Part shown: one piece after another, positions 18,888 through 26,949 of the stretch
Layout of the letters: the number at the start of each line of letters is the position of its first letter
How positions within the stretch are numbered: the stretch's first letter is position 1
Assembly: GCF_008000775.2 (NCBI RefSeq)
Contig: NZ_CP042905.2
Coordinates: 2,940,001 to 2,972,000, forward strand
DNA: 32,000 nucleotides
Origin: Promethearchaeum syntrophicum
Lineage (GTDB): Archaea; Asgardarchaeota; Lokiarchaeia; Sigyniarchaeales; Promethearchaeaceae
Reading direction: 5' to 3'
Position numbers and translations under genes: made by a program
Notes under the pieces: model-generated
Told to the model about the DNA's origin: nothing
What the model saw: the letters and a program-made list of their open reading frames with translations, nothing else
Database searches by the model: none

Positions 18888-18927
18888 ATTGTTATAAATA
18901 TATAAAAAAAAAAGGATATATATCTTT

Positions 18928-20010
18928 TTAGACTCGATTTTTATTACGTTTTAAACCAATCATCGCAATTATTGCTGCTGAAAAGGCAAATAATGTCCAC
19001 ACAGGAAATCCTGGAATACTATCTAAGATAGATGGTGTAGGTGCTTCAGTTAAAATCCCGACCATTCCAATTTTTGGATCATGATAAATGTGTGTTCCTC
19101 GAGGATAAACTATATACATTTTGTCAGAGTCAGAGTCAATATCATCAGTTTCAATTGGTGTAGTAGAAACATTCATAACAGTTCCATCAATTAAAGCGGT
19201 TTCAGCCCAGGTAAAATCTGCCATAAAACCATTTGTTGAGGTAGTAATTCCACTTTCGTTTTCAACATAACCATTTTCTTCGTCTTCAGTTTCATCATCT
19301 TCTTCTATTTCATAATCTGTTTCCAATTTGGTATAAACTGCTAGTTGTGAAGAGTCATTCAAATATGGAAAATTAGAAATTTCAATATCAATTTTTACCT
19401 CAGTTGGTGTGAGAATAGTAGTGTCGAGATCCATAAATTCTCCCGCTACATAAAGATGTGCTGTGAAATAATAATCAGCAGTGCTTATATTTAAATAGTG
19501 CAGTGTTGAGTTATCAGCTTGTGTTATAGGTTTGTATTCAATTGGATTGAAGGTATCAATTTTATATTCTTGGATTTCAGTATCATTATCTGAATTATAT
19601 ATTCCATTTTCATCCAAATCAATAAATTCTATAACGGATTTGAATACAACTTTAAATTCCAATTCCATTTCGGTAACTTCGGTTTCATTAGTTATTTCTG
19701 ATTCATATTCAAGTTTGATACCAAGATCATCGCCTGCTTCAACTTTGATTTGAAATTCATCTTTAGTGTCTCCATTCTTTAATTGTGATTCGATTTGAAT
19801 TTCATTATCGCTATATTCTATAGAAATTTCGCGTTCATTTTCATCTTCATATTCATCGTCGATACCATCATCGTCATGATCTTCATCCTCTTCATCATTA
19901 TCACTAGAATCAGCAGGTTCATCAGTATCTGTTTCAGCGACTCCAAGAGTTAAACCAACTGAAATAATAAAAGCTCCAATAAGAAGCATTCCCAATAATT
20001 TTTTTTTCAT
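18928..20010 (-). CDS. secreted acidic surface protein with PGF-CTERM-like (archaeosortase-type) C-terminal anchor
   Basis: Carries a signal peptide (MKKKLLGMLLIGAFIISVGLTLGVA), poly-D/E tracts and a beta-rich domain. The C-terminus is SIPGFPVWTLFAFSAAIIAMIGLKRNKNRV (nt 18931..19014), that is PGF, a hydrophobic helix and a basic tail. Confidence 0.7.
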   Translation of the reverse strand: MKKKLLGMLLIGAFIISVGLTLGVAETDTDEPADSSDNDEEDEDHDDDGIDDEYEDENEREISIEYSDNEIQIESQLKNGDTKDEFQIKVEAGDDLGIKLEYESEITNETEVTEMELEFKVVFKSVIEFIDLDENGIYNSDNDTEIQEYKIDTFNPIEYKPITQADNSTLHYLNISTADYYFTAHLYVAGEFMDLDTTILTPTEVKIDIEISNFPYLNDSSQLAVYTKLETDYEIEEDDETEDEENGYVENESGITTSTNGFMADFTWAETALIDGTVMNVSTTPIETDDIDSDSDKMYIVYPRGTHIYHDPKIGMVGILTEAPTPSILDSIPGFPVWTLFAFSAAIIAMIGLKRNKNRV

Positions 20011-20401
20011 GATTATTCAACTTTTTTAGTTGTAATTTATTTATCTCGTGGTCCTTATTTAAACGAATTGGGAGGATTTTCACCCTATTTCTTTTAGAAA
20101 ATCTCTCCGCTAAACATAAAAGTATGCAACTTTTAAAATAAAGGTAAAAATCAAAGATTTTGTTTTTTTTATAACCTTAGAAAAAAAATGCTTATTTTAG
20201 TATGAATTGAATGGTCAAAACAGTATTTATAAATTGCATTCTCTAAGGCTATTAGAGCCTATAGCTATAAAAAAAACCTTTTTTCGTTCTTAAGTGTTTT
20301 CTAAGGCTAATGAATATATTATAAGTATCATCATATGAAACATTTGCATTTATATTGGATGATTTTATTATCAAGTTTCATCAAATATATATTGAATTAA
20401 T

Positions 20402-20842
20402 ATGTTAAAAGAAGGCGATAATGCACCAAAAAATATTGAATTAAATGACCAAGAAGGGAATTTAATTAAATTGGATGATTTTAAGGGAGAAAAACTAGTA
20501 GTATATTTCTATCCCAAAGATAATACACCTGGTTGTACACTTGAAGCAAAGAATTTTAAAGATTCAATCGAAGATTATAACAAAAAAGGAATTAAAATTA
20601 TTGGTATAAGCGCAGATTCTGTAAAATCTCATAAAAATTTTGTTTCAAAATACGAAATTCCGTTTACACTGCTCTCGGACTCTGAAAAAAAAGCAGCAAA
20701 AAGTTTTGGTGCTTTAGAGCAAGGAAAAGTTAAAAGAAGAACATGGTTAATTAATGAAAATTGGCAGATTGAAAAAGCTTTTGAAAAAGTATCCCCAACA
20801 AAGCACATTCAAGAATTAGCTGAATTTTATCAACTGAAATAA
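20402..20842 (+). CDS. bcp: thioredoxin-dependent peroxiredoxin, BCP type
   Basis: Has VVYFYPKDNTPGCTLEAKNF (the peroxidatic Cys motif FYPkDxTPGCT.E). The 146-aa size and the C-terminal RRTWLI pattern are typical of Bcp/PrxQ. Confidence 0.9.
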   Translation: MLKEGDNAPKNIELNDQEGNLIKLDDFKGEKLVVYFYPKDNTPGCTLEAKNFKDSIEDYNKKGIKIIGISADSVKSHKNFVSKYEIPFTLLSDSEKKAAKSFGALEQGKVKRRTWLINENWQIEKAFEKVSPTKHIQELAEFYQLK

Positions 20843-20972
20843 TAATATCTCCCATTATTTGTTATTTTTCTCAATTTTTTCAAGTGAACTAAATGTATAA
20901 AAACTCCGATAAAAAAATCTAAAAAACCTTTAATCTGTTCACATAAAAATTCAACATTTCCTTAATTTATAT

Positions 20973-21896
20973 ATGGCTGTAGAGTTAGAAGATGTCCCGC
21001 CGCAGAAAATCCAAAAATCCGTAGGATTAACCAAAACTCCTAGATATAAAAATTTTGTCGCAATATCAAATAGAAAAATTCCCAACTATTGTTCAAAACA
21101 TGATTTACATATAGATCATATTACAGGTGATACTATATGTACTAAATGTGGTCTTGTTATCGATGAGCATCTAGTTATTTCTCAAAATTATGTAAATTGG
21201 AAATCGAATATAGATACATTTTCTACATATCAACAAAAGGATAGATATTTCTCACAGGATTTGATACGCGCTTTAAGAAGAGGACATAATATTTCATGGA
21301 ACGAGAGAAGAGAAAAAATCGGAATAAATGAGATTAATCGAATTACTGCTTTGCATAATATAGGGAAATCAATAAAAGAAAGGGCAATCAAACTTTTCCA
21401 AAAAATAATCAAGGAGGATGTTTTTCAGAATCACTATATTAAGCTTATCGCAGTAATTAGTTTTTACCAAATTATTAAAGAGGAAAAAAATCCATTAAGT
21501 TTGACCGAAATCATTGAAAATTCCGATTTTTCTAACCGTCTTGCAAATAAATATTATTACACTGTTAGGAAATGTCTAAATATTAAAGCGATATCTATAA
21601 AATCAAATGATCCCAAAATTTACATTCCAAACATATGCTCATCCTTAAGAGTAAATCAAGATATTAATGAATTAGCACGCAAAATAATTGATAATTTCCA
21701 AAAATCTGTGAATTTATCAGGTTTTAAATTAAAAGGTATTGCAGCGGCAGGCGTGTATATTGCTTGTAGATTAAATAGTATCCCAAAATCTCAAAAAGAA
21801 GTTTCTAAAGCCGCAAATATCACCGATTGCACATTACGTTCTCGAGTCAAAGATATGGAAATTTATTTGAGAAGAAATAGAAGTATCTGGGAATAG
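20973..21896 (+). CDS. tfb: transcription initiation factor B (TFIIB-type) paralog, divergent
   Basis: The N-terminal ribbon is CSKH...GDTICTKCGLVIDE (CxxH...CxxC rather than CxxC...CxxC). Two cyclin-fold repeats follow. The second is canonical (GFKLKGIAAAGVYIACRLNSIPKSQKEVSKAANITDCTLRSRVKDM). The first lacks the usual GRS motif. Confidence 0.8.
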   Translation: MAVELEDVPPQKIQKSVGLTKTPRYKNFVAISNRKIPNYCSKHDLHIDHITGDTICTKCGLVIDEHLVISQNYVNWKSNIDTFSTYQQKDRYFSQDLIRALRRGHNISWNERREKIGINEINRITALHNIGKSIKERAIKLFQKIIKEDVFQNHYIKLIAVISFYQIIKEEKNPLSLTEIIENSDFSNRLANKYYYTVRKCLNIKAISIKSNDPKIYIPNICSSLRVNQDINELARKIIDNFQKSVNLSGFKLKGIAAAGVYIACRLNSIPKSQKEVSKAANITDCTLRSRVKDMEIYLRRNRSIWE

Positions 21897-21958
21897 TATT
21901 AGAAAAAAAAAGAAATTTAAATTACAAAAAGAGAATTTATCAGTAAGGGATAAAATTC

Positions 21959-24900
21959 ATGGAAAAGAAAGAAAAAAGCGATAAAGCAAATTTCGGTAAA
22001 ATTTTTTTTACTAGATTTATTGATGATAAATGTGATCGCCAATTATTCCTAAAGTTATGTCAAAATAATCCAAATTGGATGGATCCCCTTCGTGATATTG
22101 CTAAATTAAAAAGACCTGTAAGGACAAATGAATATATTTTAAATCTCGGTAAGGCGTATGAACAAAAAGTATATAGTTTTCTAAATAAATCTCTGAATAC
22201 AAAATATATAAAAGATAAATCTACGAAAAAAATTCACCAAACTAAATTAAAATTTCATGACTTAGATGATTGTTACTCTAAAATTCATGAAGGAAAATCT
22301 CCTTATTTGATACTCTTAGAAAATGAATTTCAAACTCCAATCTCATTTAAAAAATCAATTTTTCCTACTAAAAATTCAGAGAATCCAATAGATGTTAAAT
22401 TTTCAGATCAAAGGCCAGATATAATAATTATTAGAAAAAATCTTGATACAATGAATAAAGGTGATATATATGAACTTTTACCCAACGGAGAAAGGCGAAA
22501 ATTACCTAACAATGAAATTAATAATCGTTTATCCATAAATGTAATAGATATTAAAAATACTGCCGAGCAAGATATAGGAAAAAAACATTTTATTGAAATC
22601 ATGCTCTATTTAAGATCTTTTTCTCATTTCATATACGATCATAAATTAGAAAAGAATTTTTTTATTTCGATAAGCAAGAACGGTATATTCCCTAAATATA
22701 CCGAAGACATTTTAAAGAATATAAAAAATTTAGAAAGGTTTGAACAATTTGTTATAGAAATTCCATGGAATGAATCAGATCGGATTTTTACTAGTACTGT
22801 AAATAAATTGCATGATCTTCATGAAATAAGCCCTTGTGCAGTGGAAGATATATCAGTAAACATTCATCCTAATTGCGGTTTTTGTCCCTTTTTAGAAGAT
22901 TGTAAAAAAACTCTGGGGATGAATGATAGGGATAGTCCTAAAAATTGGTCATTACAATTAATACCTTTTAATTCTAGATCAATTTCCCAACAATTGGAAT
23001 CTTATGGTTTTAAAACAATAGGTGATGTAGAAAGAGGGTTAAAAAAAATAAAGGTAGGAAATACTCCAGCTCCATTGTACCCAGAACTTCCACTACTAGA
23101 AATGAAAGTTAAATCATTGATTAATAATGAAATAACTACTCCAATACCTGGAAAAGTACACTCTTACTGCATTCCAAAATTTACCCCTATTTCACTTTCG
23201 TTTGCGATTGAAACAGATCCATCAAGTGATAGGGTATTTGCTGCTGGAATTTATTTAAAGATGATTGTCGCAAAGAAAGCGAAAAATTATCATATCTTTA
23301 AAAAATGGTGGAAAATTTGGAAAAAGGCTTTAGATACTTCAAAATCTCCAGATTTTATTAAAACTCAGTTAGACACCAATTGTTTTTCAATAGACCAACA
23401 AATTCCCTTAGAAATCGTTGATAAATTCTTAAAACTTTTAAAGGATCTAAAAAATTTCAAGATTTTCATCCCTGGTATGCTCGTAAATGGAAAAGAGGTA
23501 ATTCAAACACGGGTCTTGGGTTTTTATGCCATTATCAACGAAAGTTTGGACCCCGATAAAGAAGATGAATTAGCTATAAATTTGGTAAATAATCTCTTCC
23601 CTATGATGGAACTTTGCAATATTGTAGAAAGATATGTTCTCACAAGGGAAATTAAATATTTCAATAAGAAAGACGGTTCAACCAAGGAATATATTTACGA
23701 ATATAAAGCAGATATGGGAATTTTTTATTGGTCAAAAAGTCAAATCGAGCATTTACAAGATATGTTAGAAAGGAATTTAGAAAAAATTATAAGTAGAACA
23801 ACCATCCGGAATAAATTTTCCTCATTAATATCTTGGTTTACACCTTCAGATTCCGAGGTAACACATCCTTATCAACATAAGAAAATTTTTAATTTACGAG
23901 CATTCATAGAAACCGTAATAGGCTTTCCAGGTATTATTAATTATACATGGCACGAAATTGTTAAACATCCTTCAAATGGAGGGCTTAATAGTAATAAACT
24001 GTTTTGGATTGAACATTTCAATTATATGGATCCCACACCATGGTATGATTATCTTGAAGCAAAAGGCGATCATTCTAAACAAAAAAAATTGAAGAATGAA
24101 ATAATCAAACAAGTAATCCATAAAACTCGAGCTTTGAACACACTACGTGAAAATTTTCAATATCGCACACGGCATGCAATTTCAAAACATGCTAGACCTA
24201 TAAAATCAACTGCAATTAAACAAAAAACTTTAGGAGAAAATTATCATAGCCTTGCTCATGTTTGGTATTTATTTTCAGAATTAAATGGAACTATGCAAGA
24301 ATTAGAAGCAAATAATATTCGAACGATATATCCAGAATACAGTATAGGAAAATTGAACGCAGCTAAGATATCTGATTTATATCAAGTTGATAATCCTTTA
24401 GTAAAATATAACATTTTTCAATTTCAAATTATAAATTTATCCAGTAATATGAAAATTAATGAAGGAGATTATGTATTACTAATTCCAGATGAATTAAGAG
24501 ACCTTAGAAAATGGGAACTTGATAGAAAATGGAGAGTAAAAATACATAAAATGATTTGGAATTCAAAAAGTAAAGGTTATTTGATGGAAGTCCATTCTAC
24601 AGAAAATCTTCTAATTTTATATGATAAAACAATTGAAAATAAACCAGAAATTCCTAATTGGTATTTATATCCAACATCAATGGATGCCTGGACCAATAAA
24701 TTATATGGAATACGTGTTGGAGGTCTTCTTGAAAGAAAAAGATTTGGAATAAGTTGGTTAGGTGCAAGATTAGCCTATTTATGGAATATTCGTTCAAAAA
24801 ATAATCTTTTTTGGCCAAAAAATTGGGAATTTTCTTCTAATGAAATATATATGTATTTACCTAAGTTGCTTGAAATAATTAAAGAAATCCCTGGAAAAAA

Positions 24901-26920
24901 ACTATTGACTAATATATGCCCTACTCCAGATGAATCGCAAATAGAAGCAATCAAAAACGCTCTTGATAACGTGATTTATGCAATTATAGGACCTCCAGGA
25001 ACGGGAAAATCACAAACAATTGTGGCTTTAATTGATGAATTTATCTTCCGTTCAGAACAAAATAAAAAACCTATCCGTATATTAGTAACCTCTTTTTCAT
25101 ACACAGCACTTCGAGTTATAATAGATAAAATTAGAAAGAGTAAAAATGTTGAGGGGAATAAATCAAAAGCCGCAGAAATGCAACTTATTTTTCTAAGATC
25201 TGAAAGCCAACTCCCTATTGCTGAAACAGCTGAATGTACATTCGTTAATGATCTTGTTAGATTACCCAATGGAAGCTGGAGATGGAATGGTGAATCAAAA
25301 AAAATTACCAAATCAAAACCTTTGGAAGATCAATTAATGGAGAATTTCGTAATTTTTGGAAATGCCCATCAACTTTTTAGATTGACTGAAAGAACTTCTC
25401 CCGGATTTGTATTTGATTTAATTTTAGTTGATGAAGCAAGTCAATTACCAACAGATTATTTTTTATCAAGCCTACAATATATAAAAAACCAAACTTTCCA
25501 TATTCAACCAAATATTCCGGAGATGGTATCATTAACACCAAATTCCTTAGTAGAATCTAGGGATCATATTGAGAAAATGAATCTATTAAATCCAATAGAT
25601 ATAAGAAATGTTACTAAAGTCGTAATAGTTGGAGATTATAATCAGCTACCTCCCGTCCAACCAATATCACCTCCAAAGAATTTAGAAAAGGTTTTAGATA
25701 GCCTTTTTGCCTATTATGTAAAGTATCATGATATAAATAGATCCCAATTAAAAACAAATTATCGTTCACATCAAGATATCGTTGATTTCACCAAGACCTT
25801 AGGAATCTATGAGGGTTTACACCCAACTTCTTCTTTAGCGAATAAAACTTTGCAAGGAGATGTAAATCGAATCGATCAATCATGGGTCCAAGAAATATTA
25901 GACCCAACCAAAGTGGTTTGTTCATTAATACATAACAAAAGGTTTGAAATTGCGGTTAGTTCCATTGAAGCAGAATTCGCATCAGAAATAGTAATAGGTT
26001 ACTATGAAATGTGTAACATTAAATCGAGTAAGGATGAAAGGGTATTTTGGAAGGAAAAAATTGGTGTTGTCGCCCCTCATAATGCTCAAGGTCGCTTAAT
26101 CATACATGATATCTTCGAAAAAATGACTAAACCATCCAAAAGTCTAACTCAATTAAATAATAGCGAGTTAATGTCACATTTAAAAAGTACTGTGTATTCT
26201 GTTGAGAAATTTCAAGGGTCTGATCGCGAATTAATAATTGCATCAGTAGGATTATCAGATATTGATCAAATTAGTGCAGAAGAAGAGTTTATTTATGATT
26301 TGAATAGATTTAACGTTCTAACATCCCGTGCAAAGAAAAAAATAATCTATATTTGCAGCGATTCCTTTTTAGATTTCATCCCAAATTCTCGTGATGTCAT
26401 GAAACACGCATCACATAGTTATAATTATGCTTATAAATTTTGTAATCGAGAAAAAGTTATTTTTATCAAAAACGAAAAAAATAATTTGGATTATATTTAT
26501 TTTCGATGGAAGGAAAACAGCAAAAAATTGGATAAATCATTAGAAACATTTAAAATTGATTCACAAATCAATGGAGATTATTTCGAAATAAGTTATTCAC
26601 CCAAAATGGAATTTGATTCTTTAATCCAAGACATCCCAAAAGATATTTATAAAAATAAATCAGATAAAAACCTTGATTCTGATCGCGAGATATGGCGATT
26701 TAAATTTACTGATATTCCGAAGATCCGCAAATTTATTGTAATTCCAGACCCAATTTATCAAGAATATGCTAATAAATTTGAAGAACTAATCGATGAATCC
26801 AAAGAAGAAAGTAATCGAATTAATGAACAGGTAAAATTTAAAAAAAAGATTAAGAAAAGTGGTAGAAAAAAAATTAATGTAGATTTTGGTGATAATGATG
26901 AAGATGATTCACTCTTCTAA
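21959..26920 (+). CDS. giant multidomain enzyme: Cas4/Dna2-type Fe-S PD-(D/E)XK nuclease + RNase H-like module + Upf1/Dna2-type SF1B helicase
   Basis: Nuclease: C25 plus C306-x2-C309-x5-C315 (22874..22903), with PD154 (22418) and D197-x-K199 (22547..22555). Middle module: an HhH-like segment, then FAIETDP (E418 at 23210) and FYWSKSQIEHL. Helicase motifs: GPPGTGKS (24989..25012), LVDEASQL (25427..), VGDYNQLPPV, NYRSHQDIVDF, KFQGSDRELIIAS, FNVLTSRAKKKI. Confidence 0.8.
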   Translation: MEKKEKSDKANFGKIFFTRFIDDKCDRQLFLKLCQNNPNWMDPLRDIAKLKRPVRTNEYILNLGKAYEQKVYSFLNKSLNTKYIKDKSTKKIHQTKLKFHDLDDCYSKIHEGKSPYLILLENEFQTPISFKKSIFPTKNSENPIDVKFSDQRPDIIIIRKNLDTMNKGDIYELLPNGERRKLPNNEINNRLSINVIDIKNTAEQDIGKKHFIEIMLYLRSFSHFIYDHKLEKNFFISISKNGIFPKYTEDILKNIKNLERFEQFVIEIPWNESDRIFTSTVNKLHDLHEISPCAVEDISVNIHPNCGFCPFLEDCKKTLGMNDRDSPKNWSLQLIPFNSRSISQQLESYGFKTIGDVERGLKKIKVGNTPAPLYPELPLLEMKVKSLINNEITTPIPGKVHSYCIPKFTPISLSFAIETDPSSDRVFAAGIYLKMIVAKKAKNYHIFKKWWKIWKKALDTSKSPDFIKTQLDTNCFSIDQQIPLEIVDKFLKLLKDLKNFKIFIPGMLVNGKEVIQTRVLGFYAIINESLDPDKEDELAINLVNNLFPMMELCNIVERYVLTREIKYFNKKDGSTKEYIYEYKADMGIFYWSKSQIEHLQDMLERNLEKIISRTTIRNKFSSLISWFTPSDSEVTHPYQHKKIFNLRAFIETVIGFPGIINYTWHEIVKHPSNGGLNSNKLFWIEHFNYMDPTPWYDYLEAKGDHSKQKKLKNEIIKQVIHKTRALNTLRENFQYRTRHAISKHARPIKSTAIKQKTLGENYHSLAHVWYLFSELNGTMQELEANNIRTIYPEYSIGKLNAAKISDLYQVDNPLVKYNIFQFQIINLSSNMKINEGDYVLLIPDELRDLRKWELDRKWRVKIHKMIWNSKSKGYLMEVHSTENLLILYDKTIENKPEIPNWYLYPTSMDAWTNKLYGIRVGGLLERKRFGISWLGARLAYLWNIRSKNNLFWPKNWEFSSNEIYMYLPKLLEIIKEIPGKKLLTNICPTPDESQIEAIKNALDNVIYAIIGPPGTGKSQTIVALIDEFIFRSEQNKKPIRILVTSFSYTALRVIIDKIRKSKNVEGNKSKAAEMQLIFLRSESQLPIAETAECTFVNDLVRLPNGSWRWNGESKKITKSKPLEDQLMENFVIFGNAHQLFRLTERTSPGFVFDLILVDEASQLPTDYFLSSLQYIKNQTFHIQPNIPEMVSLTPNSLVESRDHIEKMNLLNPIDIRNVTKVVIVGDYNQLPPVQPISPPKNLEKVLDSLFAYYVKYHDINRSQLKTNYRSHQDIVDFTKTLGIYEGLHPTSSLANKTLQGDVNRIDQSWVQEILDPTKVVCSLIHNKRFEIAVSSIEAEFASEIVIGYYEMCNIKSSKDERVFWKEKIGVVAPHNAQGRLIIHDIFEKMTKPSKSLTQLNNSELMSHLKSTVYSVEKFQGSDRELIIASVGLSDIDQISAEEEFIYDLNRFNVLTSRAKKKIIYICSDSFLDFIPNSRDVMKHASHSYNYAYKFCNREKVIFIKNEKNNLDYIYFRWKENSKKLDKSLETFKIDSQINGDYFEISYSPKMEFDSLIQDIPKDIYKNKSDKNLDSDREIWRFKFTDIPKIRKFIVIPDPIYQEYANKFEELIDESKEESNRINEQVKFKKKIKKSGRKKINVDFGDNDEDDSLF

Positions 26921-26936
26921 TCAAATTAAGCTAGTA

Positions 26937-26943
26937 TTTTTTT
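26937..26943 (+). terminator. oligo-T terminator candidate after the nuclease-helicase gene
   Basis: A T7 run lies 17 nt after the stop codon at 26918..26920, in the 29-bp gap before the convergent gene. Confidence 0.35.
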
Positions 26944-26949
26944 GGAACT

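Noticed and set aside
1448-25311. Other nested or overlapping track ORFs: 1448..1648, 3168..3434, 4863..5099, 9469..9675, 10516..10740, 11131..11412, 14302..14484, 15052..15261, 16597..16794, 19532..19753, 21230..21412, 22408..22602, 24976..25311, and also 28981..29211, 31060..31242, 31762..31971
   Set aside because: All lie within or overlap longer ORFs that have strong family signatures. None has a motif of its own. 16597..16794 is a different frame of the same strand inside the acyltransferase gene.
26834-26917. C-terminal tail of the nuclease-helicase (KFKKKIKKSGRKKINVDFGDNDEDDSLF) as a PCNA PIP-box or an SSB-tip-like (DDDIPF) interaction peptide
   Set aside because: It does not fit Qxx[ILM]xx[FY][FWY]. 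The resemblance to the bacterial SSB acidic tip is only acidic residues plus a terminal Phe. That is too little to support a call without conservation data.
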